DNA of 64,000 nucleotides, from contig CACHCK010000003.1 in NCBI GenBank assembly GCA_902578305.1, positions 105 through 64,104 on the forward strand, in the 5' to 3' direction. Shown here piece after piece: positions 19,330 through 30,160 of this stretch; position 1 is the stretch's first letter, and each line of letters opens with the position of its first letter. The notes under the pieces were generated by a model. The model did no database searches, had not been told where the DNA came from, and saw only the letters and a list, made by a program, of their open reading frames with translations. Source of the DNA: an uncultured Pelagibacteraceae bacterium. GTDB lineage: Bacteria; Pseudomonadota; Alphaproteobacteria; Pelagibacterales; AG-422-B15. Both the position numbers and the translations under genes were made by a program.

Positions 19330-20538
19330 ATGACTGATTGCTATATTTACGACACCGTTAGAACTCCTCGTGGTAAGGGCAAAAAAAATGGAACCCTTCA
19401 TGAGGTAACAGCACTGGAACTTGCAACTCAAGTTTTAAATAATATTAAAGATAGAACAAATATTGATACAGCAGATGTAGATGACGTTGTACTAGGATGT
19501 GTTGCACCAGTTGGTGAACAAGGCGCCTGTATTGCAAGAACAGCTGTGTTAAATGCTGACTATGATCAATCAGTTTCAGGTGTTCAGATCAATAGATTTT
19601 GTGCATCTGGTTTAGAAGCAACTAACATGGCAGCTGCACAAGTGATGTCTGGACAGTCACAAATGTCCATCGGCGGTGGTGTTGAGTCTATGTCCAGAGT
19701 TCCTATGGGCTCGGATGGTGGCGCAATGGTTGCTGACCCTTCAGTTGCAATAAAAAATTACTTTGTTCCACAAGGTATTAGTGCAGATTTAATTGCCACC
19801 AAATATGGTTTCTCAAGAGATGATGTAGATAGTTACGCTGTTGAAAGTCAGAAGAGGGCAAAAAAAGCTTGGGATGAAAAAAGATTTTCAAAATCAATAA
19901 CACCTGTGAAAGATATCAATGGCTTAACAGTGTTGGACCATGATGAACATATGAGGCCTGATGCTACAATGCAATCACTTGGTTCTTTAGACCCTTCTTT
20001 TGCAATGATGGGAGAAATGGCCGGCTTCGATGCAACTATTCAACAACGATACCCTGAAGTTGAAGCTGTTAATCATGTTCATACTGCTGGTAATTCATCA
20101 GGAATAGTTGATGGAGCAGCTGGAATATTGCTTGGAAATAAAGAAATGGGTGACAAATATGGTTTGAAAGCTCGCGCTAAAATTAAAGGTTTCGCGTCAA
20201 CAGGTTCTGAGCCAAGTATCATGCTTACTGGCCCTGGTTATGTTTCTGATAAGCTTCTAAAAAACCTAGGCATGAGCAAAAGTGATATTGACTTGTGGGA
20301 GCTAAACGAAGCATTTGCCGTTGTTGTACTAAGATATATGGAACATATGGGTATTGACCACTCTGACATTAACGTGAATGGGGGCGCAATAGCTATGGGG
20401 CACCCATTAGGTGCAACTGGGGCTATGATTTTAGGAACTGTACTTGATGAGTTAGAGAGAAGTAATAAGTCTACTGCTCTTGCCACACTTTGTGTTGGTG
20501 GCGGTATGGGAACTGCGACCGTAATCGAGCGCGTTTAA
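19330..20538 (+). CDS. fadA: Acetyl-CoA C-acyltransferase (thiolase)
   Basis: NRFCASG, NEAFA, GHPLGATG, CVGGG; paired with a multifunctional beta-oxidation enzyme. Confidence 0.92.
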   Translation: MTDCYIYDTVRTPRGKGKKNGTLHEVTALELATQVLNNIKDRTNIDTADVDDVVLGCVAPVGEQGACIARTAVLNADYDQSVSGVQINRFCASGLEATNMAAAQVMSGQSQMSIGGGVESMSRVPMGSDGGAMVADPSVAIKNYFVPQGISADLIATKYGFSRDDVDSYAVESQKRAKKAWDEKRFSKSITPVKDINGLTVLDHDEHMRPDATMQSLGSLDPSFAMMGEMAGFDATIQQRYPEVEAVNHVHTAGNSSGIVDGAAGILLGNKEMGDKYGLKARAKIKGFASTGSEPSIMLTGPGYVSDKLLKNLGMSKSDIDLWELNEAFAVVVLRYMEHMGIDHSDINVNGGAIAMGHPLGATGAMILGTVLDELERSNKSTALATLCVGGGMGTATVIERV

Positions 20539-20564
20539 TAACATAAAATTTTAGGACAATAATC

Positions 20565-22757
20565 ATGGCTGATGTAACTTATGAAATAGATAGCGACGGT
20601 GTTGCCGTTGTAACTTGGGATTTAGAAAATCGTTCAATGAACGTTTTAAATTTTCAATCTCTTGGTGAATATAGATCAATTATTGAGAAATTAATCTCAG
20701 ATGAGTCAGTTAAAGGCATTGTTCTCAGAAGCGCAAAAGATGCATTCATAGCTGGCGCAGATTTAACTTCATCTGAAGTTTTTGGTTTTGATAGCGTTCA
20801 AGAAGATAAAGTTAAAGCTGCGGAAAAAATTTATAATGGCAACATGGACATGCAGCTATTGTTCAGAAGCATGGAAACATCAGGCAAGCCATTCGTAGCT
20901 GCGATAAACGGCCATGCTTTAGGTGGTGGTTTTGAAATATGTCTCGCATGTCACTATCGTGTAGCGATAGATAATGATAAAATTCAGATTGGACAACCTG
21001 AAGCGAAAGTTGGTTTGATACCTGGTGCAGGTGGAACTCAAAGAGTTCCTAGACTTGCCGGTGTAACTCAAGAGATAATGGGCTTTCTACTAGCAGGTAC
21101 TCCATTTACTCCAAAAAAAGCTCTTAGTGCTGGCCTTATTAACGAAGTCACAGACCCAGATAACTTAATTAATGCAGCAAAAAAATATATTGTGGATGGT
21201 GGAAAATCAGTTCAACCATGGGATGAGAAAGGATTTAAATTTCCTGGCGGCCTTCCTTATACCCCAAAAGGTGCAATGATTTGGGCTGCGGCATCATCTT
21301 CATTGAGAAAAAATTCTTATAATAACTATCCTGCACAAACTGCAATCCTTTCTGCTGTTTATGAAGGTGTTCAGGTGCCGATTGATGCAGCATTACGAAT
21401 TGAAGCACGTTATTTTACAAAAGTTGTAATGGATCCTAGATCTCAAAATATGGTTCGAAGCCTTTTTGTAAATATGCAAGCTTTGAGCAAAGGTGCAAGA
21501 AGACCAAAAGATTTCGATAAATATGATGTTAAAAAGATTGGAATTCTTGGAGCAGGTTTGATGGGTGCAGGAATTGCATATGTTACCGCTAAAGCAGGCA
21601 TTGAAGTTGTATTAATTGACATGGATCAAGCTGCAGCAGAAAAAGGAAAAGAATATTCCACTAAGATTTTAGATAAACAATTAAGTAAGAAAAAAACCAC
21701 TGAAGAAAAAAAAGAAAAGCTATTAAGTCTCATTACAGCTACAACTGATTACTCTCTTTTAAAGGGGGCAGATCTTATTGTTGAGGCAGTATTTGAAAAT
21801 AGGGACATAAAAGCAGATGTAACCGCTAAAGCAGAAGCGCAAATATCAGAAACTGCTGTATTTGGTTCTAATACATCCACTTTGCCAATTACAGGTTTAG
21901 CTCAAAATTCAAGCCGGCCTGCAAACTTCATAGGTATACATTATTTTTCACCAGTAGAGAGAATGCCTTTAGTTGAGATCATCATGGGAAAAGAAACTTC
22001 TCAAGAAACATTGGCAAAAACAATGGATTATGTTCAGAAAATTAGAAAGACACCAATTGTTGTAAACGACAGTCGAGGTTTTTATACAAGTCGTGTATTT
22101 GGTACTTATACAGGCGAAGGTGTTGCAATGTTAGCAGAGGGTATAAAACCTGCTTTAATTGAAAATGCGGGTAAGATGACAGGCATGCCAATGGCTCCAC
22201 TAGCTCTTTCTGATGCTGTGGCATTGGATCTTGCATGGAAAGTAACAACTCAAACGAAAAAGGACTTTGAAGCTGAAGGCAAAGAATTCCCAATAACTCC
22301 GATGTATTCAATTATGGAAGAAATGGTTGAAAAGCAAGGCAGGTTTGGGAAGAAAAACAATAAAGGCTTTTATGAGTATCCTGAAAATGGAAAAAAATAT
22401 TTATGGCCTGAACTATCTAACTTATGCAAGGAAAGTGACGATCAACCAGATGTTGAGGAATTAAAGAAAAGGTTCCTATATATACAGGCACTTGAAACAG
22501 CTAAATGCTATGAAGAAAACGTACTAACGGATGTTAGAGATGCGGACATTGGGGCAATACTCGGTTGGGGAATGGCGCCATGGACCGGAGGTCCACTATC
22601 CTTTATAGATATGGTTGGTGTTAAAGAATTTGTGGCAGAGGCAGATAAACTCGCACAAAAATATGGCGAAAGATTTACTCCGTGCAAAATGCTTCGTGAT
22701 ATGGCGGCTAAAAATGAGAGTTTCCACAAGGGCGGTAGCTCTAGTCAAGCAGCTTAA
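20565..22757 (+). CDS. fadB: Multifunctional enoyl-CoA hydratase/3-hydroxyacyl-CoA dehydrogenase (FadB/FadJ family)
   Basis: AGADL, LGGGFE, PEAKVGLIPGAGGTQR, GAGLMG, SNTSTL, HYFSP. Confidence 0.92.
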   Translation: MADVTYEIDSDGVAVVTWDLENRSMNVLNFQSLGEYRSIIEKLISDESVKGIVLRSAKDAFIAGADLTSSEVFGFDSVQEDKVKAAEKIYNGNMDMQLLFRSMETSGKPFVAAINGHALGGGFEICLACHYRVAIDNDKIQIGQPEAKVGLIPGAGGTQRVPRLAGVTQEIMGFLLAGTPFTPKKALSAGLINEVTDPDNLINAAKKYIVDGGKSVQPWDEKGFKFPGGLPYTPKGAMIWAAASSSLRKNSYNNYPAQTAILSAVYEGVQVPIDAALRIEARYFTKVVMDPRSQNMVRSLFVNMQALSKGARRPKDFDKYDVKKIGILGAGLMGAGIAYVTAKAGIEVVLIDMDQAAAEKGKEYSTKILDKQLSKKKTTEEKKEKLLSLITATTDYSLLKGADLIVEAVFENRDIKADVTAKAEAQISETAVFGSNTSTLPITGLAQNSSRPANFIGIHYFSPVERMPLVEIIMGKETSQETLAKTMDYVQKIRKTPIVVNDSRGFYTSRVFGTYTGEGVAMLAEGIKPALIENAGKMTGMPMAPLALSDAVALDLAWKVTTQTKKDFEAEGKEFPITPMYSIMEEMVEKQGRFGKKNNKGFYEYPENGKKYLWPELSNLCKESDDQPDVEELKKRFLYIQALETAKCYEENVLTDVRDADIGAILGWGMAPWTGGPLSFIDMVGVKEFVAEADKLAQKYGERFTPCKMLRDMAAKNESFHKGGSSSQAA

Positions 22758-22806
22758 ATAAGACTACTATATAACTTATAACTTTTACTGATTTGAGAGG
22801 ATCTAT

Positions 22807-24129
22807 ATGGCAAATACCACACCTACGACTAATTCTTTGGAAAACTATTTTTTACCTTTTACTGCAAATAAAGACTTTAAGAAGGATCCAAGATTATTAG
22901 ATAGAGGTGAGGGAGTATACTACTGGAATCATAAAGGTGACCAGGTAATAGATGCTTCATCCGGTCTATTTTGTGTTCCATTGGGACATGGCAGAAAAGA
23001 AATAGCTGAAGCCGTTCATCAGCAATTATTAAAATTAGATTACTCTCCCAGCTTTCAAGTTTCTCATTTACCTGCTTTTGCATTAGCTGAAAAAGTAGCA
23101 AATCTTCTACCAGGTGATTTAAACAATGTATTCTTCACAATTTGTGGATCTACTGCAATTGACTCTGCAATTAAAATAATTCAGGCATATCAGCACGCAA
23201 TTGGACAATCGCAACGTGTAAGGTTTGTATCAAGAGAGCGCGCATACCATGGTGTAAACATCGGAGGAACTTCTTTAAGTGGCATGATTAAAAACCGTGA
23301 GATATTTACTGCAACAATGCCTGGAGTTATTCATTTAAGACACACTTGGTTAGAAGAAAATAAATATACAAAAGGTCAGCCGCAACATGGAGCTCATCTT
23401 GCTGAGGATCTTCAGAGGTTTGTAGAAATGTATGGCCCCGAGTCTATCGCTGGGTGTTTTGTTGAACCTATTGCTGGTTCAACAGGAACCATTGTTCCCC
23501 CTATTGGATATTTAGAAAGGCTAAGAGAAATTTGTGATAAATACGGAATTGTTCTTGTTTTTGACGAAGTAATTACTGGTTTTGGCAGAACAGGAAAATC
23601 ATTTGGAGCTGTAAAATATAACGTACAGCCTGATATGATTACTATGGCAAAGGCTATTACCAATGGAGCGCAGCCTATGGGGGCAGTTGGTGTTTCAGAT
23701 AAAATTTATAACGCGATTGTTGATAATGGACCAGAGCACGGAGTAGAGTTCTTTCACGGATATACTTACTCAGGCCATCCAGCTTGTGTAGCAGCCTCTC
23801 TTGCTACCTTAGATGTATACGAAAAAGAAGATGTATTTGCAAGAGCGGAAAAGATGTCACCATACTTCATAGACGCAGTGTTTGATGCATTTCAGGATAT
23901 ACCAATTGTTACAGATGTAAGGGCTGATGGAATGATGGCTGCTTTTGACCTAGCAGTTGATAAAAACCCTGGCGTGAGAGGATATGATGCTCAAAAGAAA
24001 ACATTTGCTAATGGTGTTCATATAAAATTTACTGGGGATGCTGGTATAGTTGCCCCTGCGTTAATTGCTGAAGAGAAACACATAGATGAAATGCTTCAAA
24101 GAATTAAAGAGGTATTAGTAAAATACTAG
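22807..24129 (+). CDS. Class III PLP omega-amino acid:pyruvate aminotransferase (beta-alanine/taurine-type)
   Basis: PFTANKDFKKDPRL N-terminus, AYHG, FDEVITGFGRTG, PDMITMAK, HGYTYSGHP. Confidence 0.88.
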   Translation: MANTTPTTNSLENYFLPFTANKDFKKDPRLLDRGEGVYYWNHKGDQVIDASSGLFCVPLGHGRKEIAEAVHQQLLKLDYSPSFQVSHLPAFALAEKVANLLPGDLNNVFFTICGSTAIDSAIKIIQAYQHAIGQSQRVRFVSRERAYHGVNIGGTSLSGMIKNREIFTATMPGVIHLRHTWLEENKYTKGQPQHGAHLAEDLQRFVEMYGPESIAGCFVEPIAGSTGTIVPPIGYLERLREICDKYGIVLVFDEVITGFGRTGKSFGAVKYNVQPDMITMAKAITNGAQPMGAVGVSDKIYNAIVDNGPEHGVEFFHGYTYSGHPACVAASLATLDVYEKEDVFARAEKMSPYFIDAVFDAFQDIPIVTDVRADGMMAAFDLAVDKNPGVRGYDAQKKTFANGVHIKFTGDAGIVAPALIAEEKHIDEMLQRIKEVLVKY

Positions 24130-24137
24130 CAGCTTAT

Positions 24138-26582
24138 ATGTCAAAGCTTCCTTCACACACAGAGGTTGTCATTATTGGAGGAGGTATTGCTGGTACAAGC
24201 ATCGCATACCACCTTGCTGAGAGAAATGTTCAGGTCACATTAGTTGAGAGAAAGAGTTTAACTTGTGGCACAACTTGGCATGCAGCTGGATTGGTTGGTC
24301 AACTAAGGGCAACAAAAAATCTTACAAAAATGGCTAAGTATTCAACGGAGCTCTATCATAAACTTAATCAAAAAGAAGATCTATCTGCTGGATTTTTGAT
24401 AAATGGTTCAGTTTCTATTGCGGAAAATGAGGGGCGTTATCAAGAAATGAGTAGAGGCGCATCAATGGGTCGAAGTTATGGCTTGGAAATAAATGAAATT
24501 TCAATTGATGAAGTAAAGGAGAAATACCCACTTCTCGATACTAAGCATGTTAAAGGAGCTTGGTTTTTGCCTCAGGACGGGCAAATTAACCCGGTAGATA
24601 TTACAATGTGCCTTGCAAAAGAAGCAAGACGAATGGGTGCTAACATTATTGAAAATAACAAAGTCATTTCAATCGAACAAGAAGGTGACAAGGTCACAAA
24701 AGTTATTACAGAACTAGGTGATATTACATGTGATAAGATTGTTATATCTGCTGGAATGTGGAGTAGGGAAGTAGGTAAAATGTGCGGGGTAAATATTCCT
24801 CTGCACGCATGTGAACATTTTTACGCTGTAACTGAATATTCAGAAGATATACCAAAAAATTTACCCATCTTAAGAAACCCAGATGCCTATATTTATGTGA
24901 AGGAAGACGCTGGAAAACTTTTAATAGGCGCCTTTGAAAAGAAAGCAAAACCTTGGGGCATGAACGGAATTCCTGAAGATTTCGAATTTGATAGTTTGCC
25001 AAACGATCTTGATCATTTCGGACCTATTTTAATGGAAGCAATGGATAGGCTTCCAATACTGAATGAGCTTGGCATTAAAACATATTTTAATGGACCTGAA
25101 AGCTTCACACCTGATGATAGGTATTATTTAGGCAAAGTTCCTTACAAAGAAAATATATTTGTTTCAACTGGCTTCAATTCAATAGGAATACAATCTGCTG
25201 GAGGTGTTGGCAAAGTTATGGCTGATTGGATCATAAATGACAAAAGTAAGATTGATTTGTGGGATGTAGATGTCGCTAGAGTATTAGATTTTCAAGATGA
25301 TGATGAATATCTAAGAGAAAGAAGCTCTGAAACGCTTGGGCTCTTGTACGCTGTACATTGGCCCTACTATCAATTTGAAACTTCTAGAAATAAAATTAAA
25401 TCACCACTCTATGGCCAACTTGAAAAAGAAGGAGCTTGCTTTGGAGAAGCGGCTGGATGGGAAAGGCCAAATTGGTTTACCAATAATGGTCAAAGACCTC
25501 AATATCAATACTCGTATCATAAACAAAATTGGTTTGAAAATGTAAGGAGCGAATGTGTTGCTGTAAGAAATGATATTGGTTTATTTGAACTTACATCTTT
25601 TTCTAAGTTTATTATTCGAGGAGATGATGTAGTTAATTTTTTAAACTATATGTGTGTAAGTGAGATGAATGTACCAATTGGGCGAATTATATATACACAA
25701 ATGTTAAATGACGAAGCTGGAACAGAAGGTGACATTACTTTTACGAGAATAAGTGAAAATGAATATATGTTTGTTACGGGCCCAACTGCACATAATAAAG
25801 ACTATTACTGGTTATTATCTCATTCAAAAAAATTTAAAAATATAGAAATTATTGACGTAACTAAACAATATGGCTGTCTTTCAATAATGGGACCTAATTC
25901 AAGGGAGCACCTTCAAAGAATATGTAATGAGGATATTTCAAATGAAACATTACCGTTTGGATTTTCTAAGAAAATAAATCTTGGCGGCACTGAATGTAGG
26001 CTTCATAGAATTACATACGTAGGCGAATTAGGTTTTGAAATTTACATTCCCTATAATAATTTGGAAAAAGTATTCGACGTTGTTTATGCAAAAAATGGAA
26101 AAAGCCCGGTAAAACTTGCAGGCTATCATGCACTAAATTCACTGAGAATGGAGAAAGGGTATCTTCATTGGGGGCATGATATTGGAGTTGAGGAAAACCC
26201 TTTTGAAGCGGGTGTTGGATTTTGTGTAAATCTTAATAAGAAGATGCCTTTTTTAGGACAGGCAGCACTTGAAAAAAAGAAGAAGTCTGGTCTTAGTAAA
26301 AGAAAAGTAAATTTTGCATTATCTAACAATGACTTATTGATTTATCACAATGAGCCAATCTATTTTGACGGTAAGATTGTTGGTGAAATTTCTTCAGGCA
26401 TGTATGGTTTCTATTTAGACAAATCACTGGGCATGGGTTACATTTCAAACAATGACAGCTACTCTATTGAGGAAATGATGAGTCATCAAAAATTTGAAAT
26501 TGAAGTTGCAGAAACTAAATATTCTGCAGAGGGGTCAATAAATTGTTTTTATGATCCAGGCAGAGAAAAAATATTAGTATAG
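24138..26582 (+). CDS. Dimethylglycine/sarcosine dehydrogenase-like flavoprotein with GcvT (THF-binding) domain
   Basis: GGGIAG, GTTWHAAG (covalent-FAD His), NGPESFTPD, GWERP, TYVGELGFE, SLRMEKG. Confidence 0.9.
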   Translation: MSKLPSHTEVVIIGGGIAGTSIAYHLAERNVQVTLVERKSLTCGTTWHAAGLVGQLRATKNLTKMAKYSTELYHKLNQKEDLSAGFLINGSVSIAENEGRYQEMSRGASMGRSYGLEINEISIDEVKEKYPLLDTKHVKGAWFLPQDGQINPVDITMCLAKEARRMGANIIENNKVISIEQEGDKVTKVITELGDITCDKIVISAGMWSREVGKMCGVNIPLHACEHFYAVTEYSEDIPKNLPILRNPDAYIYVKEDAGKLLIGAFEKKAKPWGMNGIPEDFEFDSLPNDLDHFGPILMEAMDRLPILNELGIKTYFNGPESFTPDDRYYLGKVPYKENIFVSTGFNSIGIQSAGGVGKVMADWIINDKSKIDLWDVDVARVLDFQDDDEYLRERSSETLGLLYAVHWPYYQFETSRNKIKSPLYGQLEKEGACFGEAAGWERPNWFTNNGQRPQYQYSYHKQNWFENVRSECVAVRNDIGLFELTSFSKFIIRGDDVVNFLNYMCVSEMNVPIGRIIYTQMLNDEAGTEGDITFTRISENEYMFVTGPTAHNKDYYWLLSHSKKFKNIEIIDVTKQYGCLSIMGPNSREHLQRICNEDISNETLPFGFSKKINLGGTECRLHRITYVGELGFEIYIPYNNLEKVFDVVYAKNGKSPVKLAGYHALNSLRMEKGYLHWGHDIGVEENPFEAGVGFCVNLNKKMPFLGQAALEKKKKSGLSKRKVNFALSNNDLLIYHNEPIYFDGKIVGEISSGMYGFYLDKSLGMGYISNNDSYSIEEMMSHQKFEIEVAETKYSAEGSINCFYDPGREKILV

Positions 26583-26593
26583 AAAGTATTGTT

Positions 26594-28372
26594 ATGACTA
26601 AAATGACGACAGAAGAAGCATTCGTAAAAGTTTTGCAAAAACACGGTATACAGCACGCATTTGGAATAATTGGATCTGCATTCATGCCAATTTCCGATTT
26701 ATTTCCAAAGGCAGGTATTACTTTCTGGGATGTAGCTCATGAAAATAATGGCGGTATAATCGCAGACGGCTATACAAGAGCGACAGGAAAAATGTCTATG
26801 TGCATTGCACAAAATGGCCCTGGCATTACTAACTTTGTTACGCCAATAAAAACTGCATACTGGAATCACACTCCAATGCTTCTAGTTACTCCACAAGCGG
26901 CAAATAAAACTATAGGACAAGGTGGCTTTCAGGAAGTAGAACAAATGGCATTGTTTAAAGATATGGTTTGCTACCAGGAGGAAGTGAGGGATCCTACTAG
27001 AGTTGCCGAAGTACTAAATCGAGTAATTTCAAAAGCATTCAAAGGTTCTGCTCCAGCACAAATAAATATTCCTCGCGATATGTGGACACAAGTTATAGAT
27101 ATCGAGTTACCGCCAATAATAAAATTTGAAAGACCATCAGGAGGAATCGAAGCAATAAAAGAAGCGGCAAAACTTCTATCTAATGCTGACTTTCCAGTAA
27201 TATTATCAGGAGCTGGAGTGGTCTTAGCTGATGCAATCAATGACTGCAAAGCTTTAGCTGAAAAATTAGACTCACCTGTTGCTTCTGGCTATCAACATAA
27301 TGATAGTTTTCCAGGTAGTCATCCACTTGCAGTGGGGCCTTTAGGTTATAACGGCTCAAAAGCTGCTATGGAGTTAATTTCTAAAGCAGACGTTGTTCTT
27401 GCCTTAGGGACTAGACTAAACCCATTTTCAACATTACCTGGTTACGGAATAGATTATTGGCCAAAAGATGCAACTATTATTCAGGTTGATATAAATTCTG
27501 ATAGAATTGGATTAACAAAAAAAGTTTCAGTAGGTATATGCGGTGATGCAAAACAAGTTGCTCAGCAATTATTACGTAGTCTTTCTCCTGAAGCGGGAAA
27601 CAAAAATAGAGATGAGAGAAAAGCTCTAATTCATCAAACCAAATCTGCTTGGTTACAAACATTGAGTAGTATGGATCATGAAGATGACGATCCTGGAACA
27701 TCATGGAATGAGGAAGCTAGAGTAAGAGATGCAGATCGCATGTCTCCTCGCATGGCTTGGAGGGCTATACAGAATGGCTTACCAAAAAATGCAATAATTT
27801 CATCCGACATAGGCAATAACTGCGCAATAGGAAATGCTTATCCAACATTTGAAGAAGGTAGAAAATATTTAGCTCCAGGTCTTTTTGGACCTTGCGGTTA
27901 TGGCTTCCCTTCAGTTTTAGGTGCTAAAATAGGCTGTCCAAATATTCCTGTTGTTGGTTTTGCTGGAGATGGAGCTTTTGGCATAAGCATGAATGAAATG
28001 ACATCTTGCGCTAGGGAAGAATGGCCTGCAATTACAATGGTGATATTTAGAAACTATCAGTGGGGCGCCGAAAAAAGAAATTCGATATTATGGTATGACA
28101 ATAATTTCGTTGGTACCGAACTAGATCCAGAATTAAGCTACGCAAAAGTCGCAGAAGGCTGTGGATTGAAGGGTGTTATAGTTAAAACCATGGATGAGTT
28201 GACAAATTCACTCAGAACTGCGTGTGAAGAACAGTCAAATGGAGTTACAACTTTTATTGAGGTTATTTTAAATCAAGAACTTGGAGAACCTTTCAGACGA
28301 GATGCAATGAAAAAACCAGTTGAAGTTGCCGGCATCAATCCTGATGACATGAGTCAAGAGCAACACGGTTAA
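26594..28372 (+). CDS. xsc: Sulfoacetaldehyde acetyltransferase
   Basis: MTTEEAFVKVL..HGI.HAFGIIGSAFM, TPP motif GDGAFG...NYQWGAEK, ELGEPFRRDAMKKP. Confidence 0.95.
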   Translation: MTKMTTEEAFVKVLQKHGIQHAFGIIGSAFMPISDLFPKAGITFWDVAHENNGGIIADGYTRATGKMSMCIAQNGPGITNFVTPIKTAYWNHTPMLLVTPQAANKTIGQGGFQEVEQMALFKDMVCYQEEVRDPTRVAEVLNRVISKAFKGSAPAQINIPRDMWTQVIDIELPPIIKFERPSGGIEAIKEAAKLLSNADFPVILSGAGVVLADAINDCKALAEKLDSPVASGYQHNDSFPGSHPLAVGPLGYNGSKAAMELISKADVVLALGTRLNPFSTLPGYGIDYWPKDATIIQVDINSDRIGLTKKVSVGICGDAKQVAQQLLRSLSPEAGNKNRDERKALIHQTKSAWLQTLSSMDHEDDDPGTSWNEEARVRDADRMSPRMAWRAIQNGLPKNAIISSDIGNNCAIGNAYPTFEEGRKYLAPGLFGPCGYGFPSVLGAKIGCPNIPVVGFAGDGAFGISMNEMTSCAREEWPAITMVIFRNYQWGAEKRNSILWYDNNFVGTELDPELSYAKVAEGCGLKGVIVKTMDELTNSLRTACEEQSNGVTTFIEVILNQELGEPFRRDAMKKPVEVAGINPDDMSQEQHG

Positions 28373-28989
28373 ACTCTTTGAAGAGTGTGCATTCGCGACC
28401 TTGCACTATCTTTGTGGTTAGGCAAAGCAATAAAAGGTTTTGATAATTTGATATAATTGAACTCATTCGATCTTTTCTCTAATTCACGCTTAAATCCAAG
28501 TTTTGTGAAAATCTTCTCTGAAATTGAGAGTATGAGATACCCCCCAGGCTTTGTTAATCTAATTAATTCCTTTATTGATGACGATCCCACATGACCTGAC
28601 GTCAAAACACCTGTGCATATAACTAAATCAAATTGATTTCCTTTTAAACTTGTTTTTTTGCTTAACGACTCGCAAACTAGTTTTTTATATATTTTTTTAG
28701 AGCGAGCTACTTTTAACATATCTTTTGAATAATCTATCCCTACGATATTATTGTAACGAAGAGCTTTCAAAATTTCAGCGACATAGCCAGTACCACACCC
28801 TGCATCAAGAATTTTTGAGCCTTTCTTTACAGTTATATACTTTTCTAGAATCTGTTTAACTTTACTTGGGTAAGCGTAGCCCCAGTCTTTTAGGTCACTG
28901 TCATAACCGTCAGCCCATTCCCTATAATGTTTTTTTAGGCGGGTTGAATTCTTTTCCTTATAAACAATGTTTAGCCATTTTTTACCCAT
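28369..28989 (-). CDS. Class I SAM-dependent methyltransferase
   Basis: YREWADGYD, ILDAGCGTG, GIDYSKDML, KPGG. Confidence 0.88.
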   Translation of the reverse strand: MGKKWLNIVYKEKNSTRLKKHYREWADGYDSDLKDWGYAYPSKVKQILEKYITVKKGSKILDAGCGTGYVAEILKALRYNNIVGIDYSKDMLKVARSKKIYKKLVCESLSKKTSLKGNQFDLVICTGVLTSGHVGSSSIKELIRLTKPGGYLILSISEKIFTKLGFKRELEKRSNEFNYIKLSKPFIALPNHKDSARSRMHTLQRV

Positions 28990-29044
28990 AATGAGCGCTT
29001 TCCTCTTTTGAATATTTAATAAATAGTATAAAAATTAGTCATAT

Positions 29045-30160
29045 ATGTTGATCGGTGTTCCCAAAGAAATTAAGCCGCAAGAAAATAGAGTAGGCCTAAC
29101 TCCTGAAAGTGTAAAGGAACTTATTGATGATGGTAATGAAGTAATCATTGAAAGAAAAGCCGGTCAGGGGTCAGGTTTTGACGATCAAAATTATAACGAT
29201 GTTGGGGCAACAGTTTTTGAAAATGCGCAGGATATTTTCGATCGCGCTGAGTTGATCATCAAAGTTAAAGAACCTCAAGATGATGAAATAAAAAAATTGA
29301 AAGATGGCCAGCTGCTATTCACATATTTACACCTTGCTGCAAGTAAAGCATTGACAAAAGGATTAATGAATTCTGGCGCAACATGTATAGCTTACGAAAC
29401 TATAACCGATAACAATGGAAGGCTTCCGCTACTTGCTCCAATGAGTGAAGTAGCCGGTAGAATTTCAATTCAAGCAGGAGCCAGAGCTCTTGAAATGACA
29501 AACAAAGGAAGAGGCGTGTTATTATCTGGCGCAACAGGAGCACCACCAGCTAAAGTTGTAATTATTGGTTGTGGAGTTGTAGGGTTTAATGCCGCCCTTA
29601 TTGCTCATGGAATGAAATCAAATGTAACGCTTATTGATCAATCTGAAGCAAGGCTCAATGAATTAGAAAATTATTTTAATAATGAAGTCAATACATCAAT
29701 ATCAACACCTGAAACTATAGCCGAAGAAGTTAAAAACTGTGACTTGCTAATTGGAGGTGTGCTAATCCCAGGTTCTAGTGCGCCCAAATTAGTATCAGAT
29801 GAACTAGTTTCCAAAATGAAAAAAGGAGCAGCCATCGTGGATGTCGCAATAGATCAAGGTGGGTGCATTGAAACCAGTAAGCCTACTACTCATGCAGACC
29901 CAGTTTATATTAAACATGACGTGGTACATTACTGTGTAACCAATATGCCTGGGTGCGTTCCCCGTACATCTACCATCTCTCTAAATCAAGCTACATTACC
30001 GTTCGTAAAAAAATTAGCGAGAGAAGGGTTAAAAAAAGCATTATCAAATGACAGGAATTTTATGAATGGACTAAATGTAATAAAAAATAAATGCACTCAA
30101 GCAGATGTTGCAAGAGATCTAAACATAGCTTTTTCAAATCCTGAAGATTTAGTTGCTTAA
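29045..30160 (+). CDS. ald: Alanine dehydrogenase
   Basis: GVPKEIK..ENRV, KVKEP, LFTYLHLAA, PLLAPMSEVAGR, DVAIDQGG, NMPG. Confidence 0.95.
   Translation: MLIGVPKEIKPQENRVGLTPESVKELIDDGNEVIIERKAGQGSGFDDQNYNDVGATVFENAQDIFDRAELIIKVKEPQDDEIKKLKDGQLLFTYLHLAASKALTKGLMNSGATCIAYETITDNNGRLPLLAPMSEVAGRISIQAGARALEMTNKGRGVLLSGATGAPPAKVVIIGCGVVGFNAALIAHGMKSNVTLIDQSEARLNELENYFNNEVNTSISTPETIAEEVKNCDLLIGGVLIPGSSAPKLVSDELVSKMKKGAAIVDVAIDQGGCIETSKPTTHADPVYIKHDVVHYCVTNMPGCVPRTSTISLNQATLPFVKKLAREGLKKALSNDRNFMNGLNVIKNKCTQADVARDLNIAFSNPEDLVA

Noticed and set aside
22807-24129. Naming the aminotransferase tpa
   Set aside because: The sequence looks more like the beta-alanine/omega-amino acid:pyruvate branch; taurine specificity is only contextual
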